Source: an uncultured Bacteroidota bacterium (lineage in GTDB: Bacteria > Bacteroidota > Bacteroidia > AKYH767-A > 2013-40CM-41-45). From it: a DNA stretch of 64,000 nucleotides. The position numbers were made by a program, and so were the translations under genes. The DNA lies in NCBI GenBank assembly GCA_963775555.1, contig CAVZJJ010000002.1, forward strand, positions 578,889 through 642,888, written 5' to 3'. Every line of letters begins with the position of its first letter. The first letter of the stretch is position 1. Of this stretch, positions 1 through 8,422 are shown piece by piece. The notes beneath the pieces were generated by a model. The model did no database searches. It saw only the letters and a list, made by a program, of their open reading frames with translations, and was not told the origin of the DNA.

Positions 1-412
1 CGAAATCCGTATGTGTTAAACTACCTTAAGAAGCCCTTGAATATTGTGGAGTTAATTTCCCTGGCAGCCTGAATCGAAGAAGAACTTAATGTACAAAAGG
101 CTAAGATTTTCAGCCCGAGGCATCCTTTTATATAGTTAAGATTTTGTCAGCAGCCCAAATCCATTTCCGGTTTTTACTACCTGCTGTTGACGACCTCAAA
201 AAATTAACGTATATTTCCTATAAATTCGGGAACTCAGGAAACGATACTGCATTAGTTTTATCCCGGCAATTATTTTTTAAATAAGGTATTTCGGATAGAT
301 GAAACGTATTATTTTTGTTTAAGAGAGCGATCTTGCAACGAAAAATGGAACTTTCCTCTCTCAAAGCAGTAAGACAAAGGTCTAAAGTCCCTGATCCAAC
401 CATAAGCAATTC

Positions 413-2707
413 ATGAAAACCTCGCGCGTCTATTTAAAGCCATCCACATTAGGCGGATTAATATTATTGTTTGCCATTACCATAGGCATGCATCAGGTAA
501 GTTTCGCTGCAGAACCAACTGTTCCGGCATCCTTGCTGACTGCCACTGTGAGCAATTGCAATGAGGTGGATCTAAGTTGGAGTTCAGGAGATGGAACCCG
601 TAGGCTGGTTGTTGGTTCTGCCGATGCTCCTGTGAGTAGTTTTCCTGTAGATGGGACCAGTTATGTGGCGGGAAACATTTTCGGTTCGGGAACCAATCTT
701 GGGAATAACAATTATGTAATTTATAGCTCACCGGGAAGCAGCGTTACGGTTACTGCTCTCAATGCAAACAAGACCTATTACTTTGCCGTTTTCGAATACA
801 ATGGAACGGGTGGTAGTACAGATTACCTGACTTCCATCTATCCTGAAGCAGACACAATTCCTTTTGGAGTGGCTATTCAAATCACGGCTTCAGATACAAT
901 AATGTGTGCGGGATCTTCCGTAACTCTGGATGTTTCCGGAGCAGTTAACTATTTTTGGTCGCCTGCAAGTGGTCTTTCTGGGACTACAGGATCTTCGGTG
1001 ACAGCTTCTCCATCGGCGACGACGAAATATTCGGTGTTAGGAACGGATGGGTCAGGTTGCCAGGCATATGAACGAATTACTCTCACGGTGAATCCACGTC
1101 CAACGGTAACTCTTTCATCACAACCGAGCTCGTGTGTAGATGATAGTCCCCGTACACTAAGTGGCGGCTCTCCTGCCAGTGGCATGTACAGTGGGCCAGG
1201 TGTAAGTGGTGGATCGTTTGATCCATCGGCTGCAGGCACCGGTTTTCATACCATCACTTATACGTATTCAAATATTCAGGGCTGTTCGGCATCTGCAACC
1301 AGAACTATTACTGTGTATGCTCTTCCTTCAGTGACGCTTTCTTCTTTTTCAAGTCGATGCATAAATGGCGGGAACCTGACTTTAACCGGAGGAAGTCCGG
1401 GTGGAGGAACATATAGTGGAACCGGGATAAGTTCAGGTGTATTTAATCCGGTGACAGCCGGTGCCGGGACTCATACAGTGACCTATACATATTCGGACTC
1501 GCACAGTTGTACAAATACAGCTTCATCTTCCATCACAGTAAATCCGGCTCCAACAGTAACGCTTCCCAATTATTCAACAGTATGCATCAATACTCCTGCA
1601 TTTGCTTTGACAGGCGGTAGTCCTGCCGGAGGTGTTTATACTGGGCAGGGAGTTTCGTCTGGAACTTTTAATCCGGTCGTTGCAGGAGTCGGGTCACACA
1701 CTATTGCTTATCGATATACCAATGCACAGGGTTGTTCGGATTCCACTACAGCCTCTATTCAGGTGGGAGGACTACCTTCTGTCACGGTGAGCCCATATAA
1801 TCCGGTTTGTGTCAGCACTTCTCCATTCGCATTAAGTGGAGGAAATCCATTGGGTGGAGTATTTAGCGGGAGCGGAGTGACTTCAAATGTGTTTTATCCG
1901 GCTGTGGCTGATACAGGAGATCACACAATCACTTACACTTATACGAATTCAAATGGATGTGTGAATACAGATAGCACCTCAATTTTGGTAACCCCGGCTC
2001 CCTCAGTGAGTCTTGCTCCTTTTACGGATGTATGCGCAAATACAGGGCCCGTGTCGCTTAACACCGGTACACCTTCAGGCGGTATTTACAGCGGGCCGGC
2101 AGTTAGCGGAACCACATTTTATACCGGAATAGCCGGATCAGGAACCCATGCTATTGTCTATACCATCGTGGATTCAAATTCCTGTGCAGCTTCAGATACG
2201 CAGAATATTGAGGTTCGTCCAGTGCCTGTGGTGAGCCTTGGAGCCGATAGAATCATGTGCCTGGATGAAGCCATCGAATTGGATGCAGGACCAGGTTTTT
2301 CAAGTTATGCCTGGAATACCGGTGCCAATACGCGATCCATTACCGTTGATTCCAGTGGAAGAGGTTCGGGAACATTTCCTTTCAGAGTGAATGTAACCAA
2401 CAGTTATGGATGTGTAGGAAAAGATACAGTTCTTGTCACCATTGATATTTGTTCTGGCCTGGATCCGCTCACAGAAAATGACAAAAAGATTTTTATTTAT
2501 CCGAATCCCTTCAGCAGTAGCTTCCAGTTAATGAGTGAGGAAAGGATCAGTCTTTATCTATATGATCAAAGCGGCCGACTTCTGGAATCTTATGAGAACA
2601 GGAATGGGCTTATTCGCGCCGGGGAAAACCTGGCCGCAGGAATTTATCTGGCAGAAATACGGATGAAAGGATCAGCAAGATCCATCATGCTCATTAAAAC
2701 GGAATAG
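413..2707 (+). CDS. T9SS-sorted surface protein with an FN3-like N-terminal region and five tandem Ig-like repeats
   Basis: 764-aa ORF with an N-terminal signal-like hydrophobic stretch (LILLFAITIGMHQVSFA). Contains five ~76-aa repeats of pattern C...L.GGSP.GG.Y.G.GV....F.P..AG.G.H.I.Y.Y....GC. The C-terminal tail IYPNPFSSSFQL...GIYLAEIRMKG...IKTE fits the type-A T9SS sorting domain pattern. Confidence 0.8.
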   Translation: MKTSRVYLKPSTLGGLILLFAITIGMHQVSFAAEPTVPASLLTATVSNCNEVDLSWSSGDGTRRLVVGSADAPVSSFPVDGTSYVAGNIFGSGTNLGNNNYVIYSSPGSSVTVTALNANKTYYFAVFEYNGTGGSTDYLTSIYPEADTIPFGVAIQITASDTIMCAGSSVTLDVSGAVNYFWSPASGLSGTTGSSVTASPSATTKYSVLGTDGSGCQAYERITLTVNPRPTVTLSSQPSSCVDDSPRTLSGGSPASGMYSGPGVSGGSFDPSAAGTGFHTITYTYSNIQGCSASATRTITVYALPSVTLSSFSSRCINGGNLTLTGGSPGGGTYSGTGISSGVFNPVTAGAGTHTVTYTYSDSHSCTNTASSSITVNPAPTVTLPNYSTVCINTPAFALTGGSPAGGVYTGQGVSSGTFNPVVAGVGSHTIAYRYTNAQGCSDSTTASIQVGGLPSVTVSPYNPVCVSTSPFALSGGNPLGGVFSGSGVTSNVFYPAVADTGDHTITYTYTNSNGCVNTDSTSILVTPAPSVSLAPFTDVCANTGPVSLNTGTPSGGIYSGPAVSGTTFYTGIAGSGTHAIVYTIVDSNSCAASDTQNIEVRPVPVVSLGADRIMCLDEAIELDAGPGFSSYAWNTGANTRSITVDSSGRGSGTFPFRVNVTNSYGCVGKDTVLVTIDICSGLDPLTENDKKIFIYPNPFSSSFQLMSEERISLYLYDQSGRLLESYENRNGLIRAGENLAAGIYLAEIRMKGSARSIMLIKTE
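1091..2217 (+). repeat. Five tandem coding repeats (~228 nt / ~76 aa each) inside the surface-protein gene
   Basis: The translated units NPRPTVTLSS..., ALPSVTLSS..., PAPTVTLPN..., GLPSVTVSP... and PAPSVSLAP... each end in ...H(T/A)I.Y.Y....C........I.V. They are divergent at the DNA level, so this is domain duplication rather than recent amplification. Confidence 0.8.
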
Positions 2708-2761
2708 ACCAGCTTGGTATACATCAGCATGAGGAGTGATGTACAGACCCTTTGCTGACAA

Positions 2762-4231
2762 TTATATTTTTTCAAGTACTTCCAGCAGGCGTACCATCGC
2801 CAGAGTATCCATTTTGCAATAGGCCAGAAGGTTTTGTCGGATGTCATCCTGATTTGCATTTACATCGAAAATCAGTTGTTCGAATGCAAGACTTGCAGAC
2901 GATCCATCGCCGATTTCCAGGGTATCGTAATTCAAGTCCGGAACCAGTGCAGGCAATACAGCTTTTATAGAATACGATCCATTCATGGAAGGAGTATAGT
3001 ACCATCCTTTCATAAAGGGAGGCATCAGATCTAAAAGACGATCGATGCGTTCTTCAATATCATTTTGATATTTAGGAAAATCCCGGGCAATGGCGTTGAG
3101 GATAGATTTTTCAAAACTCATGTTATAGGTGAGTATTCTGCCGGAAGATGAAGTGTTTTCCAACAGTTGTTCAATGAAAGGAATTCTGGGATCTCCTTTT
3201 GGCCGGGCTAAAAATTCAGTATGTTTCAGTGAGGCATTTTTTGTTTTTTTGAAATGCAAAGAATACTGAAATGGAATTTGCTGGTAGGGTCTGCTTTTTG
3301 AATACAATGGAATGGCAGCCTGAAAAGTTTCAAAGTCCATGAAGTACAATGGGTAAGAGAGATCTTTCAAATAGTTGCGAAGAGAGGGCCGGTCAATTGT
3401 ATTTTTCTTTTTCAAATGGCTGTCGATCTGCACCTGTTGGTATTCGTTGAGTGCCATGTCTTCAGGAAGATCTTCAAATCGCAATATTCCTTCTTCATAC
3501 AATTCAAATTTTTTGTTTGCCCGAAGGCGTGAGATAGAGAAGACTGAAGGTACAGGAATATGTTTCCAGCAATGTTCGATGAAGTCGCAGGAGTAAGGGT
3601 CTGAACAATGCGGACCAATGTCGACCACCGGTTCTTTTTTTAATTGGAGCATTGTTTTTAATTCGGAGATCTTTTCCTGAACGAAATCTTGTTGTTCAAG
3701 GGCTTCCATTTTTACGGATTCAATCGAAAATAATTCTTCGAGAACAATTGATTTTTTCCGGATGTATTCATTGTTCAGGTGAACGATAAACAGGTCGGCC
3801 AGTTCAATTCCTGACTGTGTTATAACATGGTATTGAAGGGCGGCATCAAGGATGTTCACTTCTTTAATGTTGGTTGAGCTTTTAACTTCATAAGCTTTCC
3901 AGCGTCCATTTCTTTTTACTAAAATATCTACTGCAGCCAAAACGCCATTGTATTGAAATGCCGCTTCGTAAATAATTTTTTCCCCCTGTTTAATAAGTTC
4001 CTTCGTGTATAATACAGATTTCGCATATTCGAAGGGAGTATCGGGGGATGCATCCACACCACCCGGAAAAAGGTCTCTGGCCAATTGCCCCACGGAAGTT
4101 CCCCGGTCGAAAACGGCTTGCTGTTGAGCGGATATTTCTCCTGCCAAATCGCGGCGGAATTTATAGAAATACAAACGTTTAGGGCATTGACATCCATATA
4201 AAAATGTGGATTTAGAGAGGACGTGACGCAT
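2762..4231 (-). CDS. DUF2779-type protein: N-terminal Cas4/AddB-like PD-(D/E)xK nuclease with Cys cluster, plus a C-terminal DEDD-like exonuclease-like half
   Basis: 489-aa ORF. An N-proximal Cys pair (YGCQCPKRLYF) plus C-x5-C-x5-C (HCSDPYSCDFIEHCW) bracket a D...E-x-K core (AAVDILV...KAYEVKSS). The C-terminal half carries YFMDFETF, YNMSFEKS and AYCKMDTLA, which resemble ExoI/II/III (DEDDy) motifs. The overall N-terminus matches my memory of the DUF2779 family. Confidence 0.7.
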   Translation of the reverse strand: MRHVLSKSTFLYGCQCPKRLYFYKFRRDLAGEISAQQQAVFDRGTSVGQLARDLFPGGVDASPDTPFEYAKSVLYTKELIKQGEKIIYEAAFQYNGVLAAVDILVKRNGRWKAYEVKSSTNIKEVNILDAALQYHVITQSGIELADLFIVHLNNEYIRKKSIVLEELFSIESVKMEALEQQDFVQEKISELKTMLQLKKEPVVDIGPHCSDPYSCDFIEHCWKHIPVPSVFSISRLRANKKFELYEEGILRFEDLPEDMALNEYQQVQIDSHLKKKNTIDRPSLRNYLKDLSYPLYFMDFETFQAAIPLYSKSRPYQQIPFQYSLHFKKTKNASLKHTEFLARPKGDPRIPFIEQLLENTSSSGRILTYNMSFEKSILNAIARDFPKYQNDIEERIDRLLDLMPPFMKGWYYTPSMNGSYSIKAVLPALVPDLNYDTLEIGDGSSASLAFEQLIFDVNANQDDIRQNLLAYCKMDTLAMVRLLEVLEKI

Positions 4232-4272
4232 TCGAATAAAATAAGAGTTTCAGTAAAGATAGAAGACCTGAA

Positions 4273-4289
4273 CGCAGTCTATCTGCGCA
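4273..4289 (-). promoter_or_regulatory. Operator-like motif CGCAGTCTATCTGCGCA upstream of the DUF2779 nuclease gene
   Basis: Lies 42-58 nt upstream of the nuclease ATG (4231). It matches the reverse complement of 5404-5420 at 15/17 positions, including an exact 11-mer, CTATCTGCGCA. It is internally palindromic (CGCA-N7-TGCG). An additional imperfect AGATAG half-site sits at 4257-4262. Confidence 0.45.
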
Positions 4290-4378
4290 AGGACAGGAGA
4301 AAGAAGAAAAGGAGATTTGTCTTGAAAGCACAATGCGGAGGGAGGATTGCTTCAAAAGGAGCAATTCGATGCTTGTAT

Positions 4379-5389
4379 TTATGTGGTATATTTTTTCATT
4401 GCTTTTTTGAGTGTTTCCATTATTTCGTTTTTGAGTTGCGTTGGTTTAATGACTTTCACATTTTCGCCGTAACTCAGAATTTGCATGGTCAGTTCAGTTG
4501 AAGGGATCACATCGATGCAAATTCGAAATTCCTTCTCATTGTCTTTTAGGACTTTTTGAGTATGATGGATGGGCTGTGCTTTGATATAACGGCCTTCAAG
4601 TGGACTAAAGGAAAGTTCCACTTTTACAGGAATCAGGTCGTTGACGGTAATTCCAAAAGAGTGATAAAAGAATTTTCTTGCATCAAAATCTCTTTTCTTT
4701 TCGAAGGCCATTCTGGTTATCTGCAAATCACGGATTCTGTCGAGACCGAAGGTAAGGATCCTCTCATGGATAGGTGAGTAGCCGGTGAGATACCAGCGGT
4801 TTCTGTATTCACGCACGAGATAAGGGTGCAGCTTATGTTGATTGGTTTTTTCTTTTGTATAGTTATAGTATTTAAAATGGATTTCGACATGGTCGGTGAT
4901 GGAGCGTAATATTTTTTCGAGGTGATCAGTCCCTTCGGAGTAGGAAGGTCGTTCTACCTGGATGAAGTCTGTAATTTCTGTCCCATACAAGGAGCGGCTG
5001 ATCTGAACAGCCTGCAAGAGGCGACCGATGGTGTTATCAAATTGGCGGAGAATGGGGAAGTCTTTGAATTGCCGTAAAAGACCCACGGCGAATTCCAGTG
5101 AATAGAGATCATCCTGCTTCAATGGCAACTTACTTATAGAAAAGTCGGGATCCGAATAATAATATCCTCTTCGGGTTTTATGATAGCAAATGGGAGCCTG
5201 GAAATTGAGTCCCTCATCAAAACGCATAGCATAAATGTCTTTTTGCATCGTGGATTCAGAAATTCTTTTCCCCAAAAGATCCTCACATTTTTCTGCCAGT
5301 TCTTCCAGTGTTGGAAAGGGTTTTTGCCTGTTTTTTAAAGCTTCGTCGATCAGGCGGTAACGGGTATATGCTTCTTTGTTCTTTGGCAT
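4379..5389 (-). CDS. WYL domain-containing transcriptional regulator (wHTH - WYL - WCX architecture)
   Basis: 336-aa ORF. It has an N-terminal wHTH-like segment (TRYRLIDEALKNRQKPFPTLEELAEKC), a central WYL signature (HPYLVREYRNRWYLTGY) and a C-terminal extension typical of PafC/BrxR/CapW-like regulators. Confidence 0.8.
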   Translation of the reverse strand: MPKNKEAYTRYRLIDEALKNRQKPFPTLEELAEKCEDLLGKRISESTMQKDIYAMRFDEGLNFQAPICYHKTRRGYYYSDPDFSISKLPLKQDDLYSLEFAVGLLRQFKDFPILRQFDNTIGRLLQAVQISRSLYGTEITDFIQVERPSYSEGTDHLEKILRSITDHVEIHFKYYNYTKEKTNQHKLHPYLVREYRNRWYLTGYSPIHERILTFGLDRIRDLQITRMAFEKKRDFDARKFFYHSFGITVNDLIPVKVELSFSPLEGRYIKAQPIHHTQKVLKDNEKEFRICIDVIPSTELTMQILSYGENVKVIKPTQLKNEIMETLKKAMKKYTT

Positions 5390-5403
5390 AAAATATTTAT
5401 TAG

Positions 5404-5420
5404 TGCGCAGATAGGTTGCG
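5404..5420 (-). promoter_or_regulatory. Operator-like motif (minus-strand reading CGCAACCTATCTGCGCA) upstream of the WYL regulator gene
   Basis: Ends 14 nt upstream of the WYL ATG (5389). It is a near-identical copy (15/17) of the motif at 4273-4289, in the opposite orientation, and has the same CGCA-N7-TGCG palindromic frame. Confidence 0.45.
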
Positions 5421-5864
5421 TGCCTGGGTCTGAGATTTGCAAAATGATTAATGATTGTCTTACGAACTGAATAATTCTATACAAGCACTGATTGAACGAA
5501 GATACTAAGGTTTTGTGAGAGACCTTTCGCCGGTTAGAATTCATCCCGCGAAGGAGTAGAAAATATTATTTCATATCTAAAAATCGACAGAAGAATGAAT
5601 TTACAGGGTTTCAATAAGTTTTTATCTAAAGAGTGCCGGGTGTTCCAATTCGTTGATTTTATTCTTTATTGTGGAATTCAGGACCAGCTCCAGTGTAGTG
5701 TATTCCATCCCTGCTTTTTAAGGGCGACGAAGGTTATGATGCTTTGCCAATACCCGGTTTTATTACAACCTGCAAGGGGATATACATATACGAATGCGCA
5801 AGAATGAGCGAATGAAAGGATTGTGTCAGAGGGCTAAGCCCGGCTTATATTTCGATAATTACGG

Positions 5865-5894
5865 AAGAAGATGGGATTATATTCTCATCTTCTT
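5865..5894. terminator. Hairpin (9-bp stem AAGAAGATG / CATCTTCTT, 12-nt loop) followed by a T-rich tract on the + strand
   Basis: Stem arms are at 5865-5873 and 5886-5894, followed on the + strand by TTCTTGAATTGCTTTT. It lies 35 nt downstream of the stop of the minus-strand YdcF gene. The U-tract, however, is on the + strand, where no gene is annotated upstream. Confidence 0.35.
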
Positions 5895-5928
5895 TTCTTG
5901 AATTGCTTTTAGAGCAGATAAACAAAGA

Positions 5929-6615
5929 TCAACGATAAGCATCCTTGTCGAGTTGTAAGCCACGTGTCCCTTTAAATCGCTGCCAGAAGGTTTCCCTTTC
6001 CATGATGGAGATAAAATCTTTGTCGAAAGCATCTTCAGAATTTATTTTCGGGTTGATCATTTTTGGTTCGAGTGAACGAAGAGTATCATATACTATTGGA
6101 ATCAGTGCTACGTCTTCACTAACCCGTTTTCTTGTAAACCGACGGAGAAGCTTTGTTTGAAATGGGTCGGAGGCAAGCGCCATTTTTCGGAACCCGAGTT
6201 TCCAGGCTTTCTTGTATGAATAGTAGATGTTTTCAGTACTATGTTCGGCTTTGGTTTCCGTGAATATATTTTCTTTCGGTATGCCAATTGCTTCAGCAAA
6301 CATTGCCATCACCTTTCCCTCGTAATATGGAGTGTATACAGCGGATCCGGAATACATGATGTTTTTGGCTATACCTTTTTCAAATAAATATTTTGACCAG
6401 TAGACTCGCGCTTTCATAGTTGGGGTCCAGGTTCCTCCTTCCAGAGGGACTCCCGGAACTACAATTATGTCGTATTGTTCAGTCATGGATTGGGTCAAAA
6501 GTTTCCTGCATGTACGCGATGTAAAAGAGCAGGACACGAAAACAAGGAAGAAAAGGCCAAGAAATATTTTTGATAATAATGACAACATAGTTTGGAGAGC
6601 AGGATGATTCAGCAA
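5929..6615 (-). CDS. YdcF/DUF218 family protein (ElyC/SanA-like), membrane-anchored
   Basis: 228-aa ORF with an N-terminal TM/signal segment. The DUF218-like core reads YDIIVVPGVPLEGG...IMYSGSAVYTPYYEGKVMA...TKAEHSTENIYYS. Confidence 0.7.
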   Translation of the reverse strand: MLNHPALQTMLSLLSKIFLGLFFLVFVSCSFTSRTCRKLLTQSMTEQYDIIVVPGVPLEGGTWTPTMKARVYWSKYLFEKGIAKNIMYSGSAVYTPYYEGKVMAMFAEAIGIPKENIFTETKAEHSTENIYYSYKKAWKLGFRKMALASDPFQTKLLRRFTRKRVSEDVALIPIVYDTLRSLEPKMINPKINSEDAFDKDFISIMERETFWQRFKGTRGLQLDKDAYR

Positions 6616-6770
6616 TATACTTAAGCTAATCGTGTGAACAAATTAACGGTGCAATGAAAGTTTTTATTTTGAAAAGACTGATCGGGGAGTGTCAAGGTTC
6701 GACGCAGCCACCTCTGAATAAAGTAGCAGATTCGCGGTTTACAAATTAACAGTTGTTTTGATTTGAAAGA

Positions 6771-8039
6771 TTATTTTTTGCCGGAAGAATGATTGCGGTT
6801 GTGCTTAGGGCGGGACTTCGCCCCTTTATCACCCCCTTTATGAAAAGATCTTTTAGGGCCTTTGTTACGTCCGACTTGAGCATGTTTCTTTTTAGGGTCC
6901 CATGCGGGACCTTCTCCAATTTCAGAAGGTAAAGGAAGTTTAGGAATCTCCCTTTCGATTAATTCTTCGATCTGGGCAAAGCGGCGTTGGTCCTTCTCAT
7001 TGATGAGGGTGATGGCTTCTCCAGTTGAGGCAGCACGGGCCGTTCTTCCTACACGATGCACATAGTCTTCAGCATCACCAGGGACATCAAAGTTAATGAC
7101 CAGTCCGATATTTTCAATATCGATACCACGTGAAAGGATATCGGTAGCGACAAGAATTTTTGTATTTCTGTTTCTAAAACTTAAAAGTACGCTTTCCCTC
7201 TCTGCCTGAGTCAGGTCACTGTGAATGGCTTTTGCGGAAAGATGAACCCGAAGAAGTTCGCGTTCCAGTGCTTTTACGCCGGATTTTGTTGAAGCGAAAA
7301 TGAGTACACTGTCCAGATTTTTTTCTGTCAGAATTTTTCGGGTAAGATCAATTTTTTGTGTATCGTAAACGAGGTATGCATTTTGAAGAATGCCGGCCGC
7401 CGGTTTGCTGATAGCAATATTTACTTCGACAGGTTCTTTTAATATTCGACGTGCCAGTTCGCGCATCTTAGGAGGCATCGTTGCACTGAAGAGAAGATTT
7501 TGTTTTTTAGGAGGCAGGTATCCAATGATTCGGAGAATGTCTTCGTAAAAACCCATGTCGAGCATTTTATCTGCTTCGTCAAGAATCAAAACATCCAGTT
7601 TGTCAAATTTTACATAACCGTTATTGAGGTGGCTGAGCAATCTTCCCGGCGTGGCGATCACCACTGATGTGCCTTCGCGAAGGGCTTTTTTTTCACGTTC
7701 AAATACCTGTCCGTCACTACCGCCATAAACAGCAATAGAGCTGGCATGTGTGAAATAAGCAAAGCCCTGAAATGCATTGTCAATTTGTTGTGCCAGTTCT
7801 CTTGTAGGGGCGACGATGAGCGCTGAAGTATGCGGAATCTGATCCACAGCGATACGGTGCAAGGTAGGAAGCAGATATGCCGCTGTTTTACCGGTACCGG
7901 TTTGTGCACAAGCGATCAGGTCTTTCCCCTGAAGGATCACCGGGATTACTTGTTCCTGAATGGGAGTGGGCTTTGTGAAGCCCATGGAATCAAGTCCTTC
8001 GAGCAATGAAGGATAAAAGTTAAAATCGTCGAAAGTCAA
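6771..8039 (-). CDS. DEAD-box ATP-dependent RNA helicase with a basic C-terminal tail
   Basis: 422-aa ORF with a Q-motif region (F...PTPIQ), motif I AQTGTGKTA, motif II DEAD, motif III SAT, motif VI HRVGRTAR and a Lys/Arg/Gly-rich tail. Confidence 0.95.
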   Translation of the reverse strand: MTFDDFNFYPSLLEGLDSMGFTKPTPIQEQVIPVILQGKDLIACAQTGTGKTAAYLLPTLHRIAVDQIPHTSALIVAPTRELAQQIDNAFQGFAYFTHASSIAVYGGSDGQVFEREKKALREGTSVVIATPGRLLSHLNNGYVKFDKLDVLILDEADKMLDMGFYEDILRIIGYLPPKKQNLLFSATMPPKMRELARRILKEPVEVNIAISKPAAGILQNAYLVYDTQKIDLTRKILTEKNLDSVLIFASTKSGVKALERELLRVHLSAKAIHSDLTQAERESVLLSFRNRNTKILVATDILSRGIDIENIGLVINFDVPGDAEDYVHRVGRTARAASTGEAITLINEKDQRRFAQIEELIEREIPKLPLPSEIGEGPAWDPKKKHAQVGRNKGPKRSFHKGGDKGAKSRPKHNRNHSSGKK

Positions 8040-8422
8040 TTTGCCTTGTTCATTTATGGTATAAAGGTACAGGAAAGTGGGGTCTAATCCTAAGGAAATA
8101 CGGTATTATGAGTCGTCCAGGCAGCTTTAAAAAACAGTTTATACGACTTCATGAGTGCATTGACGGAGGAGTTTAGATAGTATAAATTTCTTCCATGGAG
8201 CATCTGAAAAATATAAATACATGGAGAAAGTTCGAAGCGTTCAGCGGGTATGTGTCCTTGCACAGGTTCAGTTCGAAAAGTTGATTTTCATTCTTAAAAG
8301 TCGATTCAAAAGGAGGATGTCATGAATCCGGACTTGTGTTTCACTGGAGGAGGCAGAATTTTTTTGCAGGAATCCCGGCAATGCATACTTTGCGTTTGAT
8401 TTACATGTAAACGGATGAAAGA

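Noticed and set aside
1-72. An open frame at the left edge (...RNPYVLNYLKKPLNIVELISLAA*) that may be the 3' end of a plus-strand gene
   Set aside because: Only 23 codons are visible and no motif is present, so a call cannot be supported.
1091-2217. A ~228-nt periodicity that could superficially suggest a CRISPR-like or satellite array
   Set aside because: The units are not identical at the DNA level, there is no short-repeat/unique-spacer alternation, and the whole region is one uninterrupted reading frame encoding protein-domain repeats.
5595-5807. A 70-aa plus-strand ORF in the WYL/YdcF intergenic gap
   Set aside because: It has no recognisable motif, is Cys/Phe-rich with an atypical composition, and has no evident upstream ribosome-binding or promoter context. 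I kept it only as part of the 'unexplained gap' finding, not as a CDS.
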